Positions 39,524 to 54,308 of a DNA stretch of 64,000 bases are shown piece by piece (position 1 is the first letter of the stretch; each line of letters starts with the position of its first letter). The DNA lies in contig NC_043002.1 of NCBI RefSeq assembly GCF_006345805.1, positions 112,716,001-112,780,000 on the forward strand, given 5' to 3'. Below the pieces are notes generated by a model, which was not told the origin of the DNA, made no database searches, and saw only the letters and a list, made by a program, of their open reading frames with translations. The translations under genes were made by a program, and so were the position numbers. Origin of the DNA: Octopus sinensis. Taxonomy: Eukaryota.

Positions 39524-40802
39524 CAAGGGGTTGAACAAAATAATGGAAAATCTTAAAATTTCAAACAAATTAATTTTATATGAGGTAGGGCCACCTTTGG
39601 CAGTAATTACAGCTTGAATTCTACAAGGTATGGACCCATACAAAGTTTGAATTGTTTCCAAAGGAATTTTTGTCCATTCTTCAGCTAAAACAGTCTCCAG
39701 ATCTTGTAGTGATGATGGTGAAGTATATCGACTCCTCACTTGTTTTTCTAAAATGCACCATAAATGTTCAATAATATTGAGATCTGGGGACTGTGGTGGC
39801 CAAATAAGATGTTCAATTTCACTAGAATGTTCCTCGTGCCATTCAGTAACAAATTTATCTGTGTGAATTGGTGCATAGTCATCCTGAAAGATTGCGTTTC
39901 CCTCCGGAAGCAGTTCCGCAACCATAGGATGAATTTGATCAGATAAAATGCTTAAATAGTCTTGACTGTTAATTCTGCTATGAAAGGAAACCATCGGGTC
40001 GGCGGATTTCCAAGATATACCGCCCCCAGATCGTCACAGATCCTCCTCCATGTTTAACTGTTGGAAGAAGGTAGTCTGGGTAAAATGATTCTTTTGGCTG
40101 TCTCCATGCGTATACTCGGCCGGTGGTCTGAAATAAGGTAAAGGATTACTCGTTCGAGAAAATAACATTCTTCCACTGCTCTGGGGACCAATTCTGTAGG
40201 TTTTTACTCTACTCTAAACGCTTTGCAACGTTTGTTTGAAAGTAGTGGTTTTCTGATTGCAGCTCCCCCCGCCCGTGAAATCCGGCTTTGTGCAGCTCCT
40301 GGCGAACAGTTTTTATGGAAACTGGGTTTCCGAGGCGTTCATTAAGCTCTGCAGTAATTTTGGAAGCTGTACTTTTGTGATCCTTTCTAACAATTCGCGT
40401 AAGAGTCCGACGATCCCTATCTGAAAGTTTTGGTTTTCTTCCGGAGTTTTGTTTCGACGAGGAGGTTTTTTCCCTCTTTTTCAAAGGCTGTCATTACTTT
40501 TTAGACAGTACTTCTTGATACACCAAATATTTCGGCTGTGTTCATTACGTTAGCGCCTGCCATACGAGCACCAACAATTTGACCGCTTTGAAAGTCCGAT
40601 AGATCTGTCATTTTAATGAATTTTAATTACCTTTTTCTGATGATATCTGAAAAGAAACAGAGATTTAGCAAAACATATTAGGCAACACTAATAATAAATA
40701 AAAAAAAAACATAAAAATAAACAAGCTTTTGACAGTTTTATAGATATTTCAAAATTATGATGCTATGATGCTAGATGTTTCCATTATTTTGTCCAACCTC
40801 TG
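39524..40802 (-). mobile_element. Near full-length Tc1 (DD34E-type) transposon with inactivated transposase (ATG at ~40611)
   Basis: Terminal inverted repeats (TIRs) GGTTG(A/G)ACAAAATAATGGAAA at both ends, flanked by TA; MTDLSDFQSGQIVGARMAG, FQDDYAPIH, WPPQSPDLNIIE. Confidence 0.92.
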
Positions 40803-40934
40803 TATATATATAAAAGTTAGGTTATACAAACGGGATATACAACATCCTATACAAATACCTGTAGTGGAATTCATTTATCCACCTGAAGAAACTGGTTTAA
40901 TGATTATGCGAATAACAAGCATCAAATAAATAAT

Positions 40935-41260
40935 AATGGCTTCAAATTTTAACACAAGGCCTGCAATGTTAAGGGAGGGGTCAGTCGATTACATCGACCC
41001 CAGTGTTCAACTGGGATGGATGAACGGAAAAGTCAACTTTGGCTGAATTCAAACTCAGAACGGGAATAGTCGGAAGAAATGCCGCTGAGCATTTTGTCCG
41101 GCGTGCTTCATCTTCAAATAAATAATTTTAAATTTTCGATTCCGAAAGGATGAAGAGCAAAGTCGACCTCGGCGGAGTTTGAACTCAGAACGTGAAGACG
41201 GACCAAACGCCACAAAGCATTTCACTCGGTTTGCGAATGTTTCTACCTGCTCGCTGGCTT
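40935..41260 (-). mobile_element. Two diverged family C SINE pieces
   Basis: AAAGTCGACCTCGGCGGAGTTTGAACTCAGAACG and a second, more diverged version. Confidence 0.65.
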
Positions 41261-41504
41261 TTCCTTCGAATAACTAATAACGACAGTTCTGTAGCTACGC
41301 ACATGATGCAAATTGATACCCGTCTGCTACATCAGTTCACATCAGTTCGTAGGTGATCCTAATTACAACCAGTATTGAAACTCCTGTGTAAAATTATCAA
41401 GCCACCGACTTCTTAATTACTGTGATAAATGATATCGCTAAGAATTAGAAGGCCTAAGAAAGAGACGACCGAAATGAATGTTTCGCAGTAACAGAAAATA
41501 TGTT

Positions 41505-41935
41505 TCTTTATTAGCCACACAGGGCTGCACACAGACAGGACAAATTACAAGGTAGAGCTTTTCTTTCGGGGGTAAAAAAGGGGGTTTGGTTTTCGATCAA
41601 AAGGGATCGTAAAGGGAAAGAAAGAGGACAAAAAAAGGGGGAAATAAAATTTTGAAAAAAAAAAAGGAGGGGGAGGAAAAAAAAAGGGAAAGGAAAAAAA
41701 ATTGATCAATAGGGATCGTTATCACAGAATTGTCAATATGAAGTGTAAAGGGGAGGACAGATGAGGTTTACCCGTGGAAAGAAAAGCCTACGGAAAAGAC
41801 CACGGTAACCTCGGTCAATGAAGTCACATGTTAATATTTTTTTTTTTTTTTTTTGCAAATAAGCAACTCTCCGTATTAATTTTTACGGTTCATAGAATCA
41901 TAGTCAAGGTGGCTTCGTCATTCATACGTGCCATA
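41505..41935 (-). mobile_element. 3' UTR and ORF end of a Tx1-like LINE
   Basis: MARMNDEATLTMIL-type ORF end, as in the 19549-20060 fragment, followed by a T/C-rich UTR and AATAAA. Confidence 0.5.
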
Positions 41936-42225
41936 TAGACAACACTATTACCGTGCCGATCCATTTGACTTTCTGGATTGGTTCCCACAAGCACTTAGCA
42001 AGTTAGCTATACGAATTCCTGAAACTTTTCAGTGTCACTGAAAATTTCAATAGGAGTACGTTGATAGACAATATTTTTCATTTTAAACCCTTTATACCCA
42101 GGCTTCATACATCACTATGCTGTTGGTTAGCTCCCAGATCAACATTTATGAAGCAAAGCTACTGTCAATGATAATCCACTTATGACCACCCTGTGTTTCA
42201 TTCAGACACGGCATAACTTGTGACT

Positions 42226-42609
42226 GTGGAGGCGCAATGGCCCAGTGGTTAGGGCAGCGGACTCGCGGTCATAGGATCGCGGTTTCGATTCCCAGACCGG
42301 GCGTTGTGAGTGTTTATTGAGCGAAAACACCTAAAAGTTCCCCGAGGCTCTGGCAGGGGATGGTGGTGATCCCTGCTGTACTCTTTCACCACAACTTTCT
42401 CTCCCTCTTACTTCCTGTTTCTGTTGTACCTGCATTTCAAAGGGCCGGCCTTGTCACTCTCTGTGTCACGCTGAATATCCCCGAGAACTACGTTAAGGGT
42501 GCACGTGTCTGTGGAGTGCTCAGCCACTTACACGTTAATTTCACGAGCAGGCTGTTCCGTTGATCGGATCAGCCGGAACCCTCATCGTCGTAACCGACGG
42601 AGTGCTTGC
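42226..42609 (+). mobile_element. OR1-like SINE
   Basis: Full length; TSD AACTTGTGACT. Confidence 0.92.
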
Positions 42610-43224
42610 AACTTGTGACTATAATATTTAATGTTTAAAGTGGTACATAGAGGAATGAGGGAAATTTGGCTACTAAGTCTAACAGGTCGAGAGAGCGCGT
42701 AGAGTTTCCCAAGTTTTACTGTATATTTAAAATACTCTCTACTTACACGTGAATAAAAATGGATGGGATAGAACGTAGGAGGTCCAGATCTATATTTATT
42801 TGCTATATATACCTTCAAAGCAATTGAATACGTCCCACTGGATAATTCAAATAATTTGTTAAGTTATAATTCTCGTTACTTACGGAAGATCAAGGAGAAA
42901 GTTTCAGGTTTTGAATTATGAAAACAAAAACTTTGACAAACATTCAGAATTCTTTATTTTTGTTTATAGTAAAATTGTTGTATTTGATGATTTTCCTATA
43001 AATTATTGTATAGAAAAACCATCAAAGTACAAGAATATTTTTTTTAGTTCATCTTTTCATTTACATAGTTTGCGCAGAGTTCAAAGCTATATATATATAT
43101 ATATATACATACATTCATAACATATATGCGTGTGTGTGTGTGTATACATACACATATATACACAAGTACATTTATATATATGTACATATATGCATGTATG
43201 TGTGTATGTATGCATGCATGATTG

Positions 43225-43256
<32 letters not shown>

Positions 43257-43576
43257 ATATATTCAGATGTATACACACACATGCAAATACAGACAGAGAC
43301 AGACATATACAAAGATCCTCTTTTAATACTCACACGCTTGTAATATGTACATACATACACACATACATACATACATACATACATACATACATACATACAT
43401 AAATTTGTATGTATCTATGTATGTATACATGTATTTGTATGTATGGATAAATGGATAAACACGTGTAAAATATATATATACATACGAGTAAGCCTAAATG
43501 TGTGTGTGTGTTTGTGTCTATGTACAAATATGTATGTACGTGTGCAAATGTGTATGTAAGCGTGCATGTGCGTGTG

Positions 43577-43666
<90 letters not shown>

Positions 43667-43751
43667 ATAGCTAGATACACATATCTGCATACACACACAC
43701 AACGTACGCGCACGTTGCAGACATATATATGTGTGTGTGTGTGTGTGTGTG

Positions 43752-43865
<114 letters not shown>

Positions 43866-44072
43866 CATATGTATGTATGTATATATATATAAACTGAAAA
43901 TGTATGCTTTATCAAGTCATATCCTGATACTCGAGTTACATTACTGTACATTATTGTGTACCTCCATGTGTGTATATATGAATGTGTATGCATGTGCATG
44001 TACGATACGAGTGTGTGTGTGTGTGTGTGCACGCGTGCGATGTGTGCGTAACATATATATATATATATATAT

Positions 44073-44110
<38 letters not shown>

Positions 44111-44209
44111 CTGTTTGTAGGTAGAAGTAGGACGGAAGGTTGGTGTATGACTCGTATGTGAACACATTGAGTAGACAATATGCCTACAGACACACACACA
44201 TACACACAC

Positions 44210-44267
<58 letters not shown>

Positions 44268-44738
44268 AAAGTGTAGTACACAGTCCTACTACCACTGCCG
44301 TTGCTACTCTTGTTGTAGTGTATAATGTTGCATTTGTCTTCTTACTTTTTATTCATATTTTATGTGTTAATGTATTACTTTATCATGAATATTATTTATC
44401 ACTTTTATTACAAGTTTCTCTGATCTCTTGTTAAAAATATCATTTTGATCTCGCCCTCGCTCACTCTACTCCCACCCTCACTCTTTCCTCCACCTTTCAC
44501 TGTCCCCCCCCCCCGCCGTGTTTCTCTGTCTATCGATATATGTGTATATATATATAATTTATCTGCCTATCTGTCCCGCTATCTACCCCAGCTATCTGCC
44601 TATAAAACTATTCAGTTATCTATCAATCTAGTATTTGGCTTTACATATACATTTACACACACACCACACACACACACACACATAAATATATATATACACA
44701 TATATATACATATGGTAGCTTTCTTGATATATGTATAA

Positions 44739-44774
<36 letters not shown>

Positions 44775-44838
44775 TTATATATATGTTTATATATAATATA
44801 TATGCATTATATATATAAATATATATATATATGCAATA

Positions 44839-44883
<45 letters not shown>

Positions 44884-45099
44884 GCATATATATATAAGGC
44901 ATATATATATATAAACATATATATATATATATATATATATGCATATATATATATATAAACATATAATATATATATTTATACATATATAAACATATATATA
45001 TATATATTATATGCATATATAAAAAAAATATATATATATACGCACACATATATCACATATATACATATGATAGGTATTCATTACATATGCATCCATACA

Positions 45100-45144
<45 letters not shown>

Positions 45145-45311
45145 ATGCGCTTTCTTGAATAAGCTAATCGACTTCAGATTCCATAAGGCCAACTTCACAA
45201 GGCGTCATACATCTATAAATCTGCACGTTACTATTATTACTCAAACTAACATTCCATAATCCTTGCCTCCCCTGATGCTTCTCTCCCCTTATCTCTCTCT
45301 CTGTCTCTCTG

Positions 45312-45374
<63 letters not shown>

Positions 45375-45444
45375 CTGAATCTTAATCGCTTTAATCATTT
45401 CTACCTGTCCTCGTCCTCGAGTCTCACTGTGTCTCTCCCTCTAT

Positions 45445-46097
45445 GTGAGTGTGTGTATGTATGTATTTATGTATGTATGTATGCATCTATGTATGTATGT
45501 ATGTATGTATGCTTGTATGTATGTATGTATGTATGTACGTATGTATGTATGTATGTATGTATGCATGTATGTATGCATGTATGTATGTGTGTATGCATGT
45601 GTGTACATATGTATGTATGTATGTATGCATGTATGTATGTGTGTATGTATGTATGTATGTATGTATGCAGGTATGTATGTATATATGTATGTATGTATGT
45701 GTGTGTGTATGTATGTACGTACGTATGTATGTATGTACGTATGTATGTATGTATGTATGTACGTATGTACGTATGTACGTATGTATGTATGTATGTATGT
45801 ACGTATGTATGTATGTATGTATGCATGCATGTATATATCTATGTATTATGTGTGCGTGTATGTATATATGTACGTATGTAAATATGTATGTATGTATGTA
45901 CGTACGTATGTATGAATGTATGTATGTATGTATGTATGTATGTATGTGTATGTATGTATGTATGTGTGCGTGTATGTATGTATGTATGTGTATGTATGTG
46001 CGTATGTATGTATGTATGTGTGTGTGTATGTATGTAGTATTTATGTATGTATGTGTATGTATGTGTGTGTGTGTATGTATGTATGTATGCATGTATG

Positions 46098-46128
<31 letters not shown>

Positions 46129-46190
46129 TATGTATGTATGTATGTATGTATGTGTGTGTGTATGTATGTATGTATGTATGTGTGTGTGTA
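45445..46190. repeat. (ATGT)n microsatellite
   Basis: Direct reading. Confidence 0.95.
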
Positions 46191-47717
46191 TGCGTCTATC
46201 CATCATCATGTGCAAATATTGTAGAGAGAAAGAGGAAGCGATCACAACTTCATTTTGAGATAAGCAATTTCATTTTCCGGCTTCCTTACTCCTTGCTGCG
46301 ATTCCCTGTAATTTTTAGAAAGTCTGTTTTGTGCGATCAACTCTACTCTGATAACTACCGTTCGAAAATCAGAACTTGAAGTCGGACGAAAAACCACTAA
46401 GCATTTCGTCCGGCTCGCTGCTCTTTTCTTCAAATAAATAATATTGGGTATCTACCTGACACTAAATATCTTTTCTATTACATGCACAAGGCGTGAAATT
46501 AAGGTAGGGAAAGCACTTGTTTTATCGACCCCGAAAGGATAAAAAAGGAAAGTCGACCTAGGCAAAGTCGACAAGTAAAGTCGACTAAGAACGTCAAGCC
46601 GGAAGAAATGCTGTGAAGCATTTCATCCGGCGTTCTAACGATTCTGCCCAGCTTGCCGCTTTACCTACCACTAAATTTCCTGGAGAATTGGAAGGGGGTC
46701 TGTGAAGAAGGAATCTGAAATCTTTTTTCCTTCTTCTTCTTCTTCTTCTTACTTTCCTGAGAGTACCCTATCCTGCTTTAAGGTTCTTCAGACCTTTTCT
46801 AATGCTGGTTTCATAAATGCCGAGGCAACATTCAACTGTTTCTTCAGGTCATACATCTCAACCTGGCGTCTGGATTTCTAGGGAGGTGATTTCATTTTTT
46901 ATTCTCTTACTCCATAGGCCCCTCTGCAGATTGTATAAACAATGTTTCCGAATGGGGTTAGCTTGTGTCCTTGAGTGCTCTTCCCTATGAGTACATTCAG
47001 TTTCTAGACTATGAATCCCATTCTTCTTTTGCACTCAGAGGTAGCAAGGTAAATTTACAGCGTCTGCTCTCAAGAGTGTCTTACAACTTTCTCGTCTGAA
47101 TCAACAGCAAGGATGCCCTTGGCAGTGTGGTTTGACTGCTGGCCTTGGTTTTCCGACCTCTTAATGTTAAAGCAATGCACTGCAGATCATTCAACAGAGT
47201 CCTGGCACATCCCTTTTCTGACCTGTGAATCCTCATACCGCGCAAAATGGACGATCCCTTCCACAAACAGATAGAATTCCATTTGTCCTATATTCGTAGT
47301 TCGATGTGGATTCTTGGTCATAAGGATTATTTTACCAACGGATTGATTATTCTGTCGCACTTTCGGTGAATCCGGGGAACATTGTTTATTGCTGGAACTC
47401 GCAGCCTTACAATAATAACGACAAAGCCAGGAACTTATCCTCAGGGGCTGTGTGTCTAATCTTTGCTAGTGTCTTCCGCGGTCTTTCCCGCCCGTCAATG
47501 GTCTGGCCATGTATCAGTGGTATGCAACTCTCATAAGAGCTGAACAACAGAAAGTCTTCACAGAGGAAACTCACCTCACGCGAGTGTTTTCACCCTTAAC
47601 TTCTTACACTCTAATCATACTAAATATTTGTATGTATGTGTGTGTAATATATGTGTTTATTACGTGTATGTATATGTATATATACTTATACGTATGTATA
47701 TATATATATATAATATA

Positions 47718-47763
<46 letters not shown>

Positions 47764-47806
47764 CACACATACACACACACACATATATATACATATACAC
47801 ACATGC

Positions 47807-47852
<46 letters not shown>

Positions 47853-47938
47853 ATATATATATATATATGAGCGTGTGTATGTATATATATGTATACATAT
47901 ATAATATACTATATAATATATATACATACATATATATC

Positions 47939-47989
<51 letters not shown>

Positions 47990-48031
47990 GGAGGAGAGAG
48001 AAAGATATATACATATATCTATATCTATACC

Positions 48032-48063
<32 letters not shown>

Positions 48064-48565
48064 ATATGTGTGTGTGTGACTGTGTCTATTTCGCTTCTAA
48101 TTTTAATCATTTGAATTCTTCCCTTGTGGAAGGAATCGGTTTCTGACAACAAATCTCAGTCATTAGAACGTTGATAACAAAAACAATGTCACGCTTTTTT
48201 TACTTAATAAGCCTTCCATACCGTTACTGTCTAACTTATAGATTGTATTTGTAATATGGAGAGCAGCTGGTTGGGGGTTTTTTTTCTGAAAATTCACGCT
48301 TTCTCAAATTGCCACGTAGGCATTTACTCAGAAAAGCAAATACCCCAATTATTATTAGTGTAAATGAGAACTTAATCTAAGTTAGAAAGCTGAAAGTTTC
48401 GAAATAATCGTCCATATTTATCCTCATTTTGAAGAGATATTCACATCAGTAGGACAGCTGATCTCCATGACGGTACATACTTTTCTTGTTGTGTCCCAAA
48501 TAATATCTGGCCTGTTATGTAATGTCTTGGTAGAAGCTCTAAGGGGAATATTCTACCAACACTCC

Positions 48566-48716
48566 GCAGGAGTGGCTGTGTGGTAAATAGCTTGCTAACC
48601 AACCACATGGTTCCGGGTTCAGTCCCACTGTGTAGCATCTTGGGCAAGTGTCTTCTGCTATAGCCTTGTGAGTGGATTTGGTAGACGGAAACTGAAAGAA
48701 GCCTGTCGTATATATG

Positions 48717-48778
<62 letters not shown>

Positions 48779-48972
48779 TGTCCCTCTAGCATTGCTTGAC
48801 AACCGATGGTGGTCCCTCGTCACTTAACGGTTCGGCAAAAGAGACCGATAGAATAAGTACTGGGCTTACAAAGAATAAGTCCCGGGGTCGATTTTCTCGA
48901 CTAAAGGCGGTGCTCCAGTATGGCCGCAGTCAAATGACTGAAACAAGTAAAAGACTAAAAGACTAAAAGACT
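48566..48972 (+). mobile_element. OK-like SINE
   Basis: Family consensus with small deletions. Confidence 0.88.
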
Positions 48973-49362
48973 CTTATGTATATATTTGACTGCTATTTCT
49001 AACAAGTCGCACAACTGCGTAGAGTTTCCTTTGTTTCATGGTACTTACATTAAAATCAGGAGATGAGTTCAAATATCTGGAACTTTCCTCAAATCCACGG
49101 GCGCTTACATACTACTTTGTCTATAATATATGAAGCCACTCATAAGGAGAAAATATTTCCTGATATTAGATCATTTGGGATAAGTTCTAAATGAATTTGA
49201 CTCACCAATTTCTATGTTAGATAAACATTTAGACCTGTATGTATGTATTTATGAATATATTTATGTAGGTACGTATGTATGTATGTACGTTCGTATGTAT
49301 GTATATATATGTTTATGTATGTATATGTATGTATATGTTTACGTATATGAGTATATATGTAA

Positions 49363-49456
<94 letters not shown>

Positions 49457-50895
49457 CCATCCCCCCATACATATATGCATACATGCCAACCAATCAATGG
49501 AAGAAAAGAAGAGAAGTTGTCACCTACTGCTAGATGCAGGCCTTTATTACGCAGCAGGGGACCACCTCGCGTGCCAACACCTTACCATGGAGTAGAGTGG
49601 TAAATAAATGTAAGGACATCGATTTCATAAATAATAGATAAGTCTTCATAGAAAACGTGAATGCATTTTCTTTCTTTGTGGTGTATTCATGTTAACATCC
49701 TTTTCATTGGGTTCTCGGAATCCCTAAATGGTTGTAATGGCAACACTCAACACAAATCTAATATTCAGATCATTTCTAGCTCACTGATCAAGCGTCAGAC
49801 TTTCTAACGTAGTCACTCTGAGTTCAAGTCCGGGCTGTTAATCTACACCTGTTATGTCCAGCAGCTGTAGCAGTAGTGGATCAGCTATCGAAACTATGAG
49901 ATGTTATTGATTCAAACGAATCAAACCAGTGACAAAGGCGTTCAAATCCCGGCTGTCCCGTCTTTATATAAATCGGATACTATCTTGTTCAATGTATCCT
50001 TTATTATATCAGACGTGATTTGAGTTTGTGGTAGATTCGGCTACTATTTCTAGCATGTCAAGGGATCACGTAGCTTTGTATTACCAATAGTGTTACATTT
50101 GGAATCTGATTAAGAACTACCTGACACATTACTTTAGTTGGGTAGATACCATGAGAGAAACCCTCATATTGGCTTTTGGTGCAAAACGCACGCTTGTTTA
50201 TATCGCTAGCAGAGAGATAAACCTGGTGGTCTCTCCAGCGTCGAGACTACCATGTGATTTCGACCTTCCTCGGTCTCGTCAATGATGAACGCTCGACCGC
50301 TAGAGATAGCGAATACAGAGACACTAACAATGCACTTTAGCTGTGTCCATCAACCAGATGTATTTCTGCCATATAACTCATTTCAACGGTCTACTATGCC
50401 ACTGCTTTTGCTGGGGTTTCTTTTGTGTGCGTGTGGGTGTTTAGAGGATGAATGAGAAATCTTCAGTGTACAAAATGCCAGTCTATTATCCAAGTAATTG
50501 AACTCAGTGAAAGCTTCCTCATTTTTATAGTATTGCTGTCACTACTTGTAACTATAAATACTGGTGATTATTTACAAGTGACAAAGTCGTTAGATACCTT
50601 AGCAGTACATTGCAGATGATATAGTATGAATCATTGACCTTACACTTGATTGCGCGATATCTCACTCACTGGAACATCATTTACTCGCTATATATTTGCT
50701 ATATCTAACCACAACCTTGAAGAGTGTATATAATTATCCTACCTAAATGTGTTTCATACATTTGCCACTTCTCTCCTTAACTCCTAGATTCTGTATAAAG
50801 CACTAAACGCCAAACAGCGTCACCTACCAGTTGTTACAGTCGTTGTTTAGTCTCCTCTCAACCTTGACTTAATAGACCCTGGAGCAATATCATTC

Positions 50896-51278
50896 TGGAA
50901 GCACTCCGTCGTTTACGACGATGAGGGTTCCGGTTGATCCGAATCAACGGAACAGCCTGCTCGTGAAATTAACGTGTAAGTGGCTGAGCACTCCACAGAC
51001 ACGTGCACCCTTAACGTAATTCTCGGGGATATTCAGCGTGACACAGAGAGTGACAAGGCCGGCCCTTTGAAATACAGGTACAACAGAAACAGGAAGTTAG
51101 AGGGAGAGAAAGTTGTGGTGAAAGAGTACAGCAGGGTTCAACACCATCCCCTGCCGGAGCCTCGTGGAGCTTTAGGTGTTTTCGCTCAATAAATACTCAC
51201 AACGCCCGGTCTGGGAATCGAAACCGCGATCCTGTGACCGCGAGTCCGCTGCCCTAACCACTGGGCCATTGCGCCTCC
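50896..51278 (-). mobile_element. OR1-like SINE
   Basis: Full length; TSD (C)AATATCATT. Confidence 0.92.
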
Positions 51279-51704
51279 AATATCATTGTAGCGGTAAGCA
51301 CTCTGACTTTTTCCTATGTGCATGAAGCCCAGCATCACTTCATCTAACGTCTGCTTGTGTTCGAGGATAGGGATGAGTTTGATAGAGACTTCCTTCGTAT
51401 TTCTAGCAGATTGAGCGACCACGTAAAGATTCATTCATTGGTTTCCTTCTCCCCCTGTAATCCTGTATGGTCGTTGGGTCTGCTAGAAATAGCAAATATA
51501 TTATTCTCTTCCATGTCATACGCTGTCGCTCGGTCTACATTATCAAATGTCTCCTAAGGAAGAACACAATGGATAAGACAGTGTTATGGACAAATGTGCG
51601 ATCAGAGGCTCCCCAACAACAACACAGTGCAACGTAAACGGCCATACCTTGACCAGCTATCCCTCTACTACAATCTTTCCATCCATTCCACCCCTACTTA
51701 GCTC

Positions 51705-52119
51705 AGGAGTGGCTGTGTGGTAAGTAGCTTGTTTACCAGCCACATGGTTCCGGGTTCAGTCCCACTGCGTGGCACCTTGGGCAAGTGTCTTCTACTATAG
51801 CCTCGGGCCGACCAATGCCTTGTGAGTGGATTTGGTAGACGGAAACTGAAAGAAGCCCGTCGTATATATGTATATATATATATGTGTGTGTGTGTTTGTG
51901 TGTCTGTGTTTGTCCCCCCTAGCATTGTTTGACAACCGATGCTGGTGTGTTTATGTCCCCGTTACTTAGCGGTTCAGCAAAAGAGACCGATAGAATAAGT
52001 ACTGGTCTTACAAAAGAATAAGTCCCGGAGTCGAGTTGCTCGATTAAAGGCGGTGCTCCAGCATGACCGCAGTCAAATGACTGAAACAAGTAAAAGAGTA
52101 AAAGAGAGAGAAAGAGAGT
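51705..52119 (+). mobile_element. OK-like SINE
   Basis: Family consensus. Confidence 0.9.
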
Positions 52120-52557
52120 ACTTACTCCACCTTCTCTGTCTCCTTACTTTCTTAATTCGGTTCATAAATTAGAAAGATCTAGGAAAAAAAATGTTATTGT
52201 CTTTCAAGTTTTACTGATGAAGCGGTAGAGGCGGCGGCAGCAGATATCGTTGTATTGGATGGGGGTATCTGTGAAGTCGTTGTAATGACGGGGCGGTTGT
52301 CGTTCGTGGTGTGTCTACTATCAGTAGCGACGGTGGTGGTGGTTGGGTATACAGAAAAATAATTGAATGCAGAAATGCATAGTTAGTGTTTTTGTATTTG
52401 AAATGCCAGAAGACAAGAAAACTAGTAGATGTTACATAGCGACCACCGCTTTGAGTAGTGAGCCATTTATTTTCCCCAGGGGTACCTACTTACAACTTAA
52501 TAGAAATAATCGTTGAAAGTTAAGCATCTTGATGATAAGCAACTTTCAGTGGCAGCA

Positions 52558-52622
<65 letters not shown>

Positions 52623-53534
52623 ATCTATCTACATATATACTCATATACGTAAACATATACATACATATACATACATAAACATATATATATATATACATAC
52701 GAACGTACATACATACATAAGTACCTACATAAATATATACATAAATGCATACATACAGGTCTAAATGTTTATCTAACACAATTTTGTACCCGATATCCCT
52801 TTAATGTCTCGTGCATTTTATGATAAGTTTCCAATGGTCTGATTATTAGTTCACTAATTTTCCGGTGGCGAGAGTAACAAAGAAATGCCTGTGCAACTCG
52901 GGCGAAACAAATAGCAAAATGTCAATTTTTCTGAATGCACAGGTTTATCGTTATTCTGACCAACAGTTAAACTGTTGATGTAACCTTGAAGTTCCGGTGA
53001 TCTGATGAGCTAGCTTTCTTTATTTGCATTGCTTTGTGAATATACAATTGTATTGTATAATGCTGAGAATACACATTAACGCAAACACGTATGTATAATT
53101 TCTTACATGCTGGAAATAATATTACATGAAGGAAGTTGCGAAAAGACCGTGATCCAGTGGTAGTCACGTGGTTAAATAAATATATATTCACCTCTCATAT
53201 CTCCTGACTTTATGTTTATATATACTCCTCAAAGAATAATTTTATCGCTCGGATTTTGCGGGTTTTCAATTACATGCACACTTTTGTAATTGATTGCTAC
53301 GTGGACTGATAGCCGAGTCCGTAAGAGGAGCATACTGTGATAGCCACACGATACTACGAATCTATATCTTATACTACTCATTTATATACAAGCATACTTA
53401 TATACGTGCGCGCAAACACACACACACACACACACACACACGTACAAACATCCATGCTATTTCCGTCTACCAACTTTCTCTTACTAGTCATTCTTCAACT
53501 CGAGGCTGAGGCAGAAGAAATTTGCCCAAAATGC

Positions 53535-53889
53535 TGTGCAGTGGAGTTGAGTCAAGAATCCCGCTTTAGTTGCTAAACGAACTTCACATTCACACAACTG
53601 TGACCTGTGCAGTGGAGTTGAGTCAAGAATCCCGCTTTAGTTGCTAAACGAACTTCACATTCACACAACTGTGACCTGTGCAGTGGAGTTGAGTCAAGAA
53701 TCCCGCTTTAGTTGCTAAACGAACTTCACATTCACACAACCGTGACCTGTGCAGTGGAGTTGAGTCAAGAATCCCGCTTTAGTTGCTAAACGAACTTCAC
53801 ATTCACACAACTGTGACCTGTGCAGTGGAGTTGAGTCAAGAATCCCGCTTTAGTTGCTAAACGGACTTCACATTCACACAACCGTGGCC
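53535..53889. repeat. Minisatellite, 5 x 71 bp, derived from the head of an old OK-like SINE
   Basis: Units start at 53535, 53606, 53677, 53748 and 53819 and are nearly identical. Confidence 0.92.
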
Positions 53890-54308
53890 TACCTTGTTCC
53901 TATACGTTTATTCGTTAATATTCTATAATTTAGTGTGTGCCGATTTTTTTTGCCATGTTGTAATATATGAACAAAAGAGACTTCTGTGATGCAATAACGA
54001 CCTAATGAATTGCGTGACATTACTAGCTACGAAGAGATATTACAATATGACGATACAGCGTACTGAAGTGTTAAACCTTCTCTTTATAATACGTAGAAAG
54101 TTCATAGATTAATACTGAGTCATATTTCTATGCAAACTTTCACGCTGCAATTCGGCAATATCGCGATATACTGACACGAATGTCACATGGTTACAAACGT
54201 AAAATATATGGCATTTTGGAGTAAGCAAACAAGAAGAAATAGAAATCATTTAGTAGAGAATTAAATAATATTCTTGTTTCTTTCTTTTTGGGTCAACTAA
54301 TTTTTCAG

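Noticed and set aside
42226-42305. Functional tRNA-Arg genes at SINE heads
   Set aside because: A/B boxes are present, but the acceptor stem is imperfect and each head is fused to a SINE body with TSDs
45429-46258. Long ORFs such as MYVCMYVC / HTYIHTYI (also YIYI, LSIY, poly-N/I/M elsewhere)
   Set aside because: Translations of stop-free microsatellites
46700-47600. Possible LINE ORF1 remnant
   Set aside because: Complex sequence, but no motif convincing enough to call
53535-53889. CRISPR-like array
   Set aside because: Units are contiguous identical 71-mers with no unique spacers, there are no cas genes, and the context is eukaryotic
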